Assembly (NCBI GenBank): GCA_030390025.1
Contig: CM059445.1
Span: forward strand, 12,028,001 to 12,092,000
Direction of reading: 5' to 3'
Length of the DNA: 64,000 nucleotides
Source of the DNA: Squalus acanthias
Lineage: Eukaryota
Shown here in pieces: positions 37,312 to 49,058 of this stretch (positions are counted from its first letter, which is position 1; each line of letters starts with the position of its first letter). Below the pieces are notes generated by a model. It made no database searches and was not told the origin of the DNA. It saw only the letters and a program-made list of their open reading frames with translations. The position numbers and the translations under genes are program-made.

Positions 37312-38900
37312 TCCACACTATTACTGCAAATTTGGTTTGCCCAGTCTGTATGTAGATTGAAGACCCTCATGATTACTGTATTACCCTTGTTACATGCGCC
37401 TCTAATTTCCTGATTTATACTCTGCCCTGCATTACAACTACTGTTTGGGGGTCTATGAACAACTCCCACCAATGTTTTCTGCCCCTTGCTGTTTCTTAGC
37501 TCTACCCAAACTGATTCTACTTCTACTTTTTCCATTTTGCCGATCTCTTCTAAAAGTTAAGTATCCTGGAATATTTTGTTCCCAACCTTGGCCACTTTGC
37601 AACCATGTCTCCGTTATGGCTATTCGATCAAACCTGTTAAATTCTATCTGCGCTATTAATTCATCTATTTTGTTGCGAATGCTTCGTGCATTCAGATACA
37701 GTACTTTTAGCTTTGACTTATTTCTATTTTTCCCTGATGTCACCTTAGTCACTGATGCCTTATTACCTTTGTTACTCTATCTGTTCCTTCCTGACACACT
37801 GCTTATTTTTACCCAAAACTCTATTCTGTTCTAGAGCCTTGACATTTCTCTCACTGCTTTTAAATTTACTCTTTCCTGAATCCTCCCACCCGCCTTCGTT
37901 AGTTTAAAGCCCTGTCTACTGTCCTAGTTATTCGGGTCGCCAGGACACTGGTCCCAGCCCGGTTTATGTGGAGCCCGTCCCAACGGAACAGCTCCCTCTT
38001 TCCGCAGTACTGGTGCCAGTGCCCCATGAACTGAAACCCCTTCCTCCCACACCACTCTTTGAACAACACATTTAAACCTCTAAACTGTTGGTCCCTATGC
38101 CAATTTGTGTGTGGCTCAGGTAACAATCCAGAGATTATTACCTTTGAGGTTCTGCTTTTTAATTTGGATCCGAGCTCCTCAAACTCCCTCAGCAGAACCT
38201 CATTCCTAGTTCTACCTAGGTCTTTGGTTCCTCTGTGGACCACGACAACTGGATCCTCCCCCACCCACTCCAAGTTCTTCTCCAGCCGTGAGGAGATGTC
38301 TTTAACCCTGGCACCGGGCAGGCAACACAACCTTCGGAACTCTCGGTCGCGGCTGCAGAGAACAGTATCTATCCCCCTGACTATACTGTCCCCTACCACA
38401 ACTACATTCCCTTTCACTCCCCCCACTTCAGTGGCCTCCTGCGCTATGGTGCCATGGTCAGCTTGCTCATCCATCCTGCAGGCTTTTCCCTCATCCACAA
38501 AGGCAGCAAGAATCTCATACCTGTTGGACAAGGGCAAAGGCTGAGGCTCCACCAGCACTGCACCTGGGGTCCCCTTACCTGCCCGAGTTGCAGTCACACC
38601 CTCCCGTCCCTGACCACTAACCAGACCTGTACCACTACCTAACCTAAGGGGTGTGACTGCCTCCTGGAGCAAAGTGTCCAGGTAACTCTCCCCATCCCTG
38701 ATGCCCCGCAATGTCTGCACCTCAGACTCCAGCTCAAAAACTCTGAGCTGAAGTTCCTCAAGATGCAGGCACTTACTGCAAACGTTGTTGTCCGGGATCA
38801 CCATGCTCTCCACAAACTCCCACATGCTGCAGTTGCGGCACACCACCTGCACTGCCATCCCTATATGACCTTGTTTTATTTAATTAAATTTATTTAAATT
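37312..38900 (-). mobile_element. CR1 5' portion: open ORF1 (37899-38858, 319 aa) and broken endonuclease
   Basis: CxxC...CxxC zinc finger and SGNH esterase motifs (GDSIVRG, CLPGA, DGLH), followed by LYLNARS endonuclease. Confidence 0.93.
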
Positions 38901-39451
38901 TGTATTCAGGTAACTTAGTTTACAGTGTAGTTTCTTGACTACTTACTTGATCTAGATTAAGTTTTTTTTTATTCGTTTATGGGATGTGGGCGGTGCTTAA
39001 AGGCCAGCATTTATTGCCCATCCCTAATTGCCCTTGAGAAGGTGGTGGTGAGCTGCTTTCTTGAACTGCTGCAGTCCGTGTGGTGAAGGTACTCCCCCAG
39101 TGCTGTTAGGGAGGGAGTTCCAGGATTTTGACCCAGCGAAAATGAAGGATCGGCGATATCCTTCTAAGTCAGTATGGTGTGTGACTTGGAGGGGAACTTG
39201 GAGGTGGTGGTGTTCCCATACGCCTGCTGCCCTTGTCCTAAGTTATGGGTACTGAAATTAAATATCTACCTATAACACAAAGCACTACAAGTAGTGTAGG
39301 CAAGAAGCAACAACTCCTTCCCCCTCTTCTCCGAATTCCCACTCTTTCCAAATTCCCAAATAAAACACACTGTTCAAGTCCACTCTGTTTAATCCCACTC
39401 TGTGCAGGAAAAGTGTTTTGTTGCCAGATGATCTGGCTGTACATTACTTAC

Positions 39452-39748
39452 ATGAAACCTCGAGCTTTTGAGACTTCAATATCTTCACAGATTGGTGAGT
39501 GATCTGGCAAGTAATTGTTTTACCGTGGTCTTTTATCTGTGGTTCAAATGGAACTGTGGACGTAGCATTGAAAGTTCCATCTCTGTTCGTGTCGACAGAT
39601 AACTGAACTCCTTCTCGGAGCTGAGTCCCGTCCTTCAGCCAATCCACTGTAATCTGTTTTGGGTAAAATCCAATCACTCTCAAACTCAGTGTCGTGGACT
39701 TCTTCGCCTCGAGTTGGGGCACTTCCAAAATCTGATAAATTGGTCTAG
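39452..39748 (-). CDS. Ig-superfamily receptor exon 3, C1-set Ig domain
   Basis: GFYP-I-V-W-KDG, NRDGTF and TC-I-H C1-set hallmarks; acceptor ttgttctttaag, donor T|GTAAGT, phase 1/1, 297 nt. Confidence 0.93.
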
Positions 39749-40937
39749 CTTAAAGAACAAATGGGAAAAGTATCATTGAAATACTCTGCCACAACAGGAG
39801 GAATAATGAAGTCAGACTTGTGCTATCGGCTCATATATTTGTAATTAATTACGTACATGGTTTGTATTTAAGTACATTCATACTTCAAAAAAATTGAGAA
39901 CAAATATTTGTTCTTTTGTCACGCCTATCGTTCTCCTCTCTCATCCCATGCTGTGCTGAAGGTATTAACTCATGTCGGACGATAGTACGAAGACTGCCGT
40001 GCCTCACTGGCCCCTCACCCACATAGCCATGTGAAGGCCTAGACTTGCATTTATATAGCGTCTTTAACAGAGTAAAATGTCCCAAGGCGCTTCACAGGAG
40101 CGATTATCAAACAAAATGTTGACACCGAGCCACCGAAGGAGATATTAGGACAGGTGACCAAAAGCTTGGTAAGTTTTAAGGAGGGTCTTAAAGGAGGAGA
40201 GAGAGGTGGAGAGGTTTAGGGAGGGAATTCCAGAGCTTAGGGCCGAGGCAGCTGAAGACACGGCCGCCAATGGTGGAGCGATGAAAATCAGAGATGCGGA
40301 AGAGGCCAGAATTGGAGGAGCGCAGAGATCTCGGAGGTTGTAGGGCTGGAGGAGGTTACAGAGATAGGGAGGGGTAACCAGGAGTCCGCTGCCATTCCCC
40401 CCTCCCAGTCAGAGATTCCAAGGTTCCTATCGTCCCCGTCTCCAGCTGTTAACAACTAACGCAGGACAGGCCAGAGATCGAAGCCTGGACTTTCCAAGTC
40501 TGTATCACTCAGCTACTCACTGTGTAAATTCGCTGAGACATCGGGGAGCCAGGAGCCTGCCCCAGGTTGAAAGGGCAGTCAGCTGACCCACCCCCAGGAG
40601 CCTGATAAGCCTGCTCATAAACCCCTCCGAAAACAAGCAAGAGGCAATCTCGGCAGCGGGACCACTTTTCAAAATCAAATGACGACAAAAGCATCCCCAA
40701 TTCCTGCACGGCAAATGCATCACTCAATCAGCTACTGAGCCACGCAGACTGAGAAGGTGCCAGGTTTTATCCCTGGTCTGTGTCAGGTTAGCGCATCTGA
40801 GCTGCAGTTGGCCTTAGCGCTCTGGGTCAGGAAGGTCAAGTCAAACAAACCTCCCACGCCCGCCCCTGATTGCCCTCCGGTGAGGCCTGCTGCAAAGCGC
40901 GTGTGGACGTTGGGTGAAAACTGGATTGGGCTGAACT

Positions 40938-41372
40938 TTTGAGTCAGAAGGTTGTGGGTTCAAGTCCCCACTCCAGAGACTTGAGCACAAAAATCTAGGC
41001 TGACGCTCCAGTGCGGTGCTGAGGGAGTGCTGCACTGTCAGAGGTGCCGTCTTTCGGATCAGACGTTAAACCGAGGCCCCGTCTGCTCTCTCAGGTGGAA
41101 GTAAAAGATCCCATGGCACTATTTCAAAGAAGAGCAGGGGAGTTCTCCCTGGTGTCCTGGCCAATATTTATTCCTGAATCAACATCACTGAAACAGATTA
41201 TCTGGTCACTATCACATTGCTGTTTGTGGGAGCTTGCTGTGCGCAAATTGGCTGCCGCGTTTCCTACATTGCAGCAGTGACTACACTTCGTAAAGTACTT
41301 AATTGGCTGTAAAGCGCTTTGGGACGTCCGGTGGTCGTGAAAGGAGTTATAGAAATGCAAGTCTTTCTTTTT
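40938..41372 (+). mobile_element. Deu-SINE; further copies 51120-51576 (-), 54596-55030 (+), 58935-59345 (+), 60068-60472 (+)
   Basis: Same consensus as 3095-3548. Confidence 0.85.
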
Positions 41373-41684
41373 TTCCCCCAACTTCAAATAGCCCTTCTTG
41401 GGATCACATGAGTTTCCACGTGGACTCGGTACAGCATCAGACGGTCCATTTACTCACCGAGACATTGGGCAGGAGCCCCGAGGTGTTTCCACTGTGATGA
41501 GCACTTGACCAAGAGCCCAATCTCAGCCCGTGTTCGATGGACACCAGCCATCACTGTCGGACAATCACCAATATCCAATCACTCTAGGGTAAGTGACCCG
41601 CTTTGTTTCCTACGTTGCAAGCCCCTCCCCCCATCCAATTGCACACCCTCTATGGGGACTTGTTTTCAACAGACCAGCACCCAC

Positions 41685-42071
41685 CTTTGAGAAACAGCTG
41701 TGTTACATCAGGCTCAATTGTAACGGCTCCCTTTATAGGGAAAGCTGAGACACAGAAATAGAATCCAGCATCTGTCACTTGCAATTTTTTGATTTGGAGC
41801 TGTGCCGTGAACAAGGAACTCGTAGAACTTGATAAAAAACGATTGCCTAGCAGAAGGATCTTGCCGTTCTTTTGGCCTTCAGATTGTTTGTAATATTGCC
41901 AATTCACAGTATGTAGCTGAGGTAACTCCTTGCGGAAGTTAATTGTGTTCATTTTCGGTTCCAAAGTCGGCTTCAGGCTAGACTCTGCATACTTGCAGGT
42001 GATTGTCACGTCCTTATCCATTAAGCCGTGGACTTGCTTCATACGTATTTTGTTGTTGCTGCTACTTACAC
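41685..42071 (-). CDS. Ig-superfamily receptor exon 2, V-set Ig domain
   Basis: VTITC...RF...AQLQIKKLQVTDAGFYFC V-set pattern; acceptor attgttttccag then (G)VSS, donor AAG|GTGGGT, phase 1/1, 387 nt. Confidence 0.92.
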
Positions 42072-42242
42072 CTGGAAAACAATTTTAAAATACACAAGGG
42101 AATGTCATGGGCATTTCAAAACAAAAATGGATTCGCTCCAATTACCTGTGAAGGGTTAAGAAAACCGCTGGAGAAAGTGTGGACCTAAACGGTCAGGTGA
42201 CCACAATCAGTGACCTCCGCATTGCAGCGCAAGGCACGTCGG

Positions 42243-43232
42243 CCCGCAAGGACCAGTGCTTGGGCCTCAACGACTCACAATCTACGTCAATGATTTGGAT
42301 GAGGGGACCAAATGTGATATATCCAAGTTTGCTGATGATACAAAGCTGGGTGGGAATGTAAGTTGCGAGGAGGCTTCAAGGGGGATACAGACAGGCTCAG
42401 TGAGTGGGTGAGAACATGGCAAATGGAATATAATGTGGAGAAATGTGAAGTTATTCCACTTTGGTAGGAAAAATAGAAAAGCAGAGTATTTTTTAAATGG
42501 CGAGAGATTGGGAAATGTTGGTGTTCAGAGGGACCTGGGTGTCCTTGTACACGAATCACTGTAAGTTAACATGCAGGTACAGCAAGCAATTAGGAAAGCA
42601 AATGGTATGTTGGTCTTTATTACAAGAGGATTTGCGTATAAGAGTAAAGACGTCTTACTGCAATTATATAGGGCCCTGGTGAGACCACACCTGGAGAATT
42701 GTGTGCAGTTTTGGTCTCCTTACCTAAGGAAGGATGTACTTGCCATAGAGGGAGTGCAATGAAGGTTCACCAGACTGATTCATGGGATGGGGGGGATTGT
42801 CCTATGAGGAGAGATTGAGTAGACTAGGCCTATATTCTCTGGAGTTTAGAAGAATGAGAGGTGATCTCATTGAAACATACAAAATTCTTACAGGACTTGA
42901 CAGGATAGATGCAGGGAGGATGTTTCCCCTGGCTGGGGAGTCTAGAACCAGGGGTCACAGTCTCAGAATAAGGGGTCGGCCATTTAGGGCTGAGATGAGG
43001 AGAAGTTTCTTCACTCTTGGGAATTCTCTACCCCAGAGGGCAGTGGAGGCTCAGTCATTGAGTGTATTCAAGACAGAGATCGATAGATTTTTGAATATTA
43101 AGGGAATCGAGGGATATGGGGATAGTGCAGGAAAGTGGAGTTGAGGTCGATGATCAGCCATGATCTTATTGAATGGTGGAGCAGGCTCGAGGGGCCGAAT
43201 GGCCGACTCCTGCTCCTATTGCTTATGTTCTT
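42243..43232 (+). mobile_element. CR1 RT-3' fragment; similar fragments 44957-46180 (-), 49225-50165 (+), 55250-56053 (+), 56763-57728 (-)
   Basis: FADDTK to LIETYKI peptides and CR1 tail. Confidence 0.9.
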
Positions 43233-43700
43233 AACTTGCCATCAAGGTGACGGCGAACTGGCAGCGTTCGCCTGTCATTTCGCCTTTGAAACTGACGGCA
43301 ACTTCAGGATTTAGCGCATGCTCAGCTTAGTACAGAAATCCTGAAGTTGCGGTCTGTCATTCACTGCTCCTCCACAGGCTTCGCTGTGTCACCCTCCGCT
43401 CCCCACCTCACAGAGCCGGCAATCAGTGAAATCTCTCAAATCAGGAAAACTGATGAAAACTTCGGCTCTTCAGCGGTGCGTATGCTGTTAAATACCCCAT
43501 TAAAGGTTAGACCCAAATGGATTAGGTGTAACTGGGGTTTTAACAGTGTATTGACTGCTAAACAAAGGTTATGGGCCTGAAAAACTCATTTTAATTTTGC
43601 GCAGTGTCAAATTTATCCATTTTAATAACGTTTTAATTTTTAAGAAACTTTTTTAAAAAATTGTTAATTTTCTTTTAAAGCTTGTTCATCTTTATTTGAG

Positions 43701-43901
43701 AAGTCGCACAACACCAGGTTATAGTCCAACAGCTTTATTTGAAATCACAAGCTTTCGGAGCGCTGCTCCTTCGTTCACTTCACCTGACGAAGGAGCAGCG
43801 CTCCGAAAGCTTGTGATTTCAAATAAAGCTGTTGGACTATAACCTGGTGTTGTGCGACTTTTCACATTTGTCCACCCCAGTCCAACACCGGCATCTCCAC
43901 A
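43701..43901. mobile_element. Young palindromic Penelope pseudo-LTR insertion
   Basis: Perfect inverted arms 43701-43774 and 43787-43860; 15-bp target duplication TCATCTTTATTTGAG (43686-43700, 43902-43916). Confidence 0.8.
43780..43816 (+). ncRNA. Minimal type-I hammerhead ribozyme motif (Penelope-associated)
   Basis: TCAC-CTGACGA-A-GGAGC-agc-GCTCC-GAAA-GCTT-GTGA: intact CUGANGA/GAAA core, stems I and II, palindromic stem III. Confidence 0.7.
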
Positions 43902-44076
43902 TCATCTTTATTTGAGGTTTGCCTTTCTTTGTTTTTGCTCTCTAACATTTTTTTAAAAGTTAGAATTTTAAGAGCTGACTCACTTCCTGGCTCGCTGCCT
44001 GTGAGAATTCTGCATTCCGATTGGCTGCTCAGACAGTCTGTTGACATCACAGCAGCTCGCGTTAGGGGATCCCCAC

Positions 44077-44304
44077 TGACGTAAGAAAACTACTAGGCAC
44101 TTGGTCTGAGTATTAAACAAGCTTTAATCAACTGTTTTTCAACATGGAGATCTAGTTGTGTCCTTCACTAGTTCCTGTTAAAGAATGTCCTGAGCAAGCT
44201 GGGCCCATGCCCGAGTATTTATACTCTCCCTGGACAGCGCCACCAGCAGGCCGCCCAGTATTATTTCATAAGTCATTTCCACATGAATGACAAGATTCAT
44301 GTCA
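44077..44304 (-). mobile_element. Solo LTR, copy 1
   Basis: TGAC...GTCA termini, TATAAA and ATTAAA on the minus strand, 5-bp target duplication CCCAC. Confidence 0.85.
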
Positions 44305-47046
44305 CCCACTATACTAGGTTGATTGAATTACACGTCGGAAAACCTGAACTCCTTGACACAGAGATCGCGAGATCTTTGTGGGAAGCTTACTTCGGGGCCA
44401 GCCGCGAGCACTTTTGCTTTGCCGCTGACCGCAAATTCCGGGCCATCATCTCATTGGCCTCAGGAATGACCCTACAATCCAATAGCCTGCCCACACTCAT
44501 CGTCTGGACTCACACATGGTCACTTTGCTAAGGTAAGGGACAGATAGCAGTGCCCAGCAGTCAACCCCTGCAGGAGAGCAGGGCAGGAAAATCTGTTAAC
44601 AAAAAAAAAAGTGAACTAAATCGATCACCGGCAATTCTCGACAGCACAGTCTCCAACTACACGCAACTTGTGTTGTTAACGCACTCCTTCTGTGCAGGGC
44701 AGGGAGCTGCCTCAGAGTGCTTTGCAGGGCAGCGAACAAATAGAAGGGAAAAGGGGTAGCTACGGGGGCAAAAACGTGGTTAAAAAGAGGTCTTAAAGAG
44801 GCTTTTGAAGTCAAGGAGGGAGGCAACAAGGAAGAAATGCTCAGCGAGGATAGTGGGAAACATTGTGCCCGAAAGAGTAGCTTCCCATGGGTGGAATGGA
44901 GAGAGTGGGAAACAATGAGTTAACTAGGGTTGGAGGACCAGAAAGTATATGGACAGAAGAACATAAGAAATAGGAGCGGGAGCAGGCCATTCGGCCCCTC
45001 GAGCCTGCTCCGCCATTCAATGAGATCGTGGCTGATCTGATCTTGGCCTCAACTCCACTTTCCCGCCCGATCCCCATAACCCTTGACTCCCCCTATAGTT
45101 CAAAAATCTGATTTTCTCAGCCTTGAATATATTCACTGACTCCGCCTCCACAGCTCACTGGGGTAGAGAATTCCAAAGATTCACAACCCTCTGAGAGAAG
45201 AAATTCCTCCTCATCTCTGTCTTAAATGGGTGACCGCTTATCCTGAAACTATGCCCCCTAGTTCTAGATTCCCCCACGAGGGGAAACATCCTCTCAGCAT
45301 TTACCCTGTCAAGCCCCCTCAGAATCTTATATGTTTCAATAAGATCACCTCTCATTCTTCTAAACTCCAATGAGTATAGGCCCAACCTGCTCAACCTTTC
45401 CTCAGAAGACAACCCTTTCATCTCAGGAATCAACCTAGTGAACCTTTGCTCCAATGCAAGTATATCACTCCTTAAATAAGGTGACCAAAACTGTACGCAG
45501 TACTCCAGGTGTGGTCTCACAGTTGTAGCAAGACTTCCTTACTTTTATATTCCATCCCCCTAGCAATAAAGGCCAACATTCAATTTCCCGCCTAATTACT
45601 TGCTGTACCTGCATGCTAACTTTTTGTGTTTCATGTACGAGGACACCCAGATCTTTCTGTACCGCAGCATTCTGTCGTCTCTCTCCATTTAAATAATATT
45701 TTGCTTTTCTATTCTTCCTACCAAAGTGGATGACCTCACATGTTCCCACATTATACTCCATCTGCCAAATTTTTGCCCATTCACTTAACCTATCTATATC
45801 CCTTTGCAGACTCTTTGCCCTCCTCACAACTTGCTTTCCCACCTATCTTTGTTCATCAGCAAATTAGGCTACAGTACACTCGGTCGCTTCATCCAAGTCA
45901 TTAATATAGATTGTAAATAGTTGAGGCCCCAGTACTGATCCCTGTGGCACCCCACTAGTTACAGTTTACCAACCTGAAAATGACCCATTTATCTCGACTC
46001 TGTTTTCTGTTGGTTAGCCAATCCTCTATCCATTCCAATATATTACCCCCAACCCCGTGGGCTCTTATCTTGTGCAGTGACCTTTTATGCGGCACCTTAT
46101 CGAATGCCTTTTGGAAATCCAAATACACTACATCATCTGGTTCCCCTTGATCCACCCTGCTCGTTACGTCCTCAAAGAACGCTTGCAAATTTGTATTTAT
46201 ACAGCGGGAGGAGATCGTGGAGTTGGGGCGCCTTGAGGCGATGGAGAAATTTGAAGGCGTGGACAAGAATTTTGAAGTGAACTTGCCGATGACGAGAGTG
46301 CCACCTTTACTGTGGGACAGGACATGGACTGCAGGCGAGTCTTAACTCGTGAAGGGTGCAGGCCAGCAAGGAGAGTGTTGGAGAAGTTAAGCCTTGTGGT
46401 AAGGGTTTCCACAGCAGGCAGGGTGAGGTCAGCAGAGGTAGATGATGTTTTGGAGGTAATGGATTGGATATGGGAGCCCGCTCTGACCGCAAAGCCCAGC
46501 AGTACACTAAGGTTCCATACTTTTGAGCTTAACCTTGGATGTCAAGGGTTGAAGCTGGAGGTGAGTAGGTCTTTGCAGGAACTGAAGTGGATAGTTTTTC
46601 TTTCTCCCAACTTTTAGCTGGAGGAAATTAGTCTCCGGCAGGTCTTGGCACTCATTGCATTACCACATCCTTTTTTGCATAAATCATATCACTGCATATA
46701 AATACTAAAGATCACCAAAAGGCGCGAGTGAAATGAGAAGAAAGAATAAAAATAAAAGCAATCAAAATGTGCGAGGCAAAATGCGATCTCCCCTCCCTCA
46801 CAGAGCAGTTGGACAACCAGTTCAACCCAACACACTTCAGTCTTATTCCCAGAGTAAACCCACTCCTTAAACACACAAGGAAAGGATCTGGGGGCTCACT
46901 CAGCCAGTTTAAGATCAGCAACTGTCCATTCTTGGGTATAAATTTCAACCAACATGCTCTCCATGACCCAAACTTCACTGACAACTGACACACTGATGCA
47001 CGAGAGGCAAAGAGTACACAAGAAAGTCAAAATGTAATTTGTGTAC

Positions 47047-47110
47047 CTGCAAAATAAAGGCCAGTGAGAGTCAAGTGCCAAACCAACAAGGAGAGACCTG
47101 GACGATTCAT
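47047..47110 (-). CDS. Ig-superfamily receptor exon 1, signal peptide (MNRPGLSLLVWHLTLTGLYFAG)
   Basis: ATG with A at -3, hydrophobic core, 64 nt ending in phase-1 donor CAG|GTACAC; joins the V exon as FAG-VSS. Confidence 0.8.
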
Positions 47111-47569
47111 GTTGCTTTGCTGATTTCTTCCCTTCTCCAATGCGACTGTGTGTCATGCGCCTCCACAGGAAGAGAGAACATCTGTGATGGTGCAATTTTA
47201 CTGTATTTCTTCCCTTGTGCAATAGGATAGGATTGCGTGAAACAGTGAGACCTTGTTGCTTTATTTCCCACCATCTGTACAGTTTTTAAATGCAGTTGGA
47301 ATGTGTCTCATTTCGGACAGCCGCTGGACTCCGAGCTTTGTTTCGTCCTCCCAAAGCCGACGATGGTGGAACAATGGAGGCCACATATACCTTCACAACC
47401 AGCAGCGATCTCAACAAGGTCTCACTGTATAACACAATCCTATCCTATTGCACAAGGGAAGAAGGACAGTAAAATTGCACCATCACAGAGGTTCTCTCTT
47501 CCTGTGGAGGCGCATTACACACAGTCACTTTGTAGAAGGCAAGAAATCAGCAAAGCAACGTGAATCGTC
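47101..47569. repeat. Inverted repeat, about 158-bp arms (47101-47258, 47412-47569) around a 153-bp spacer
   Basis: Arms align as reverse complements along their length with scattered mismatches; no target duplication seen. Confidence 0.9.
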
Positions 47570-47965
47570 AATGATAGGTGGACAACACCACCACTTAACC
47601 TGGGCAATTTGGGAGATGACAGGCAGTGTCAGTGCCATTCTACAATTGGTATAGGTACACAGATAGTGTTAGACCTTGTTGTAAGCCCAAGAACTGCACT
47701 GACTTAACCGATTCAGACAGCTTAGTCAAGACTGGCCTTTTTTGGTCATGACTGGGGCTATTTTGGTCAAGACTTTGATTGAACTCATGGCCATTGGGTT
47801 AGGTTCCAGCACTCAACTACTAGAGTTACAGGAATCTTCTGTTGGTAAATTTCTAAAAAATCTTTTTTCAATTACATGAGCCTTCATCCAACAGTACGGG
47901 TTATCTACATTGACCCCCATCCCATAGGGATCTGTTTGCAGACACCAGGTCCAATCCTATACAGA

Positions 47966-49058
47966 AATAAAAACAGAAAATGCTGGAGATACTCAGCAGG
48001 TCAGGCAGCATCTGTGAAGAGAGAAACAGAGTTAACGTTTCAGGTCGATGACCTTTTGTCAGAACTGGAAAAAAGCAGGAAATGGAACAGATTTTTAAGC
48101 AAGTTTGGGGCTGGGAAATGGGGGAGGGGATGAAAGAACAAAAGGGAAGGTCTGTGATAGGATAGAAGGCAGGAGAAGTTAAGAGACATTAAGAGATATT
48201 CAAGGCAAAAGGAGATGGTAATGGGACAGGTTAAGAAACAAAGGATGGCTCTAGATGAAGTGTAAATTGCGTTGGCAGAAAGAAAGACAGCTGCCATGTG
48301 GGAGAGAAGAAAAAAAAAGTGTGGAAAAAACAATATATATGATAGGGGCCGGGGTTATGATCTGAAATTGTTGAACTCGATGTTGAGTCCAGAAGGCTGT
48401 AAAGTGCCGAATCGAAAGATGAGGTGCTGTTCCTCGAGCTTGCGCTGAGCTTCCATGGAACAATGCAAGAGGCCGAGGACGGCGAGGTCTGAGTGGGCGT
48501 GGAGCGGTGAATTAAAGTGACAGGCGACCGGAAGCTCGGGGTCCCCCTTACGGACTGAATGGAGGTGTTCCGCAAAGCGGTCACCCAATCTGCGTTTGGT
48601 CTCTCCAATGTAGAGGAGACCGCCTCGTGAGCGGCGAATACAGTATACTAAATTGCAAGAAGTACAAGTAAATCGCTGTTTCACCTGGAAGGGGTGTTTG
48701 GGGCCCTGGACAGTGGGAAGGGGGGAGGTATAAGGGCATGTGTTGCATCTCCTGCGCTTGCACGGGAAGGTGCCGGGCGAAGGGGAAGGGGTGTTGGGGG
48801 TGATAGAGGAGTGGACTAGGGTGTCGCGGAGGGAGCAGTCCCTACGGAATGCTGAAAGGTGAGGTGAGGGGAAGATGCGTTTGGTGGTGGGATCACGCTG
48901 GAGGTGGCGGAAATGGCGGAGGATGATCCGTTGAATGTGGAGGCTGGTGGGGTGAAAGGTGAGGACAAGGGGAACTCTATCGTGGTTCCGGGAGGGAGGG
49001 GCAGGGGTGAGGGCAGAAGTGCGGGAGATAGAACGGATACGGTCAAGGGCCGTGTCAA
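47966..49058 (-). mobile_element. 5'-truncated Penelope-like element with GIY-YIG endonuclease
   Basis: ORF 48355-49098 (NLVYCI...LYIGETKRRLGDRFAEH...GLN); 15-bp target duplication CCAATCCTATACAGA (47951-47965, 49059-49073). Confidence 0.92.

Noticed and set aside
41490-41496. CACAGTG heptamer on the minus strand about 190 nt after the V exon, a possible recombination signal
   Set aside because: No nonamer at 12 or 23 spacing, not adjacent to the V coding end, and the V exon has its own splice donor
42140-42240. Possible leader exon just upstream of the V exon (CAG|GTAATT)
   Set aside because: In-frame stop codons and no hydrophobic core; the exon at 47047-47110 fits much better
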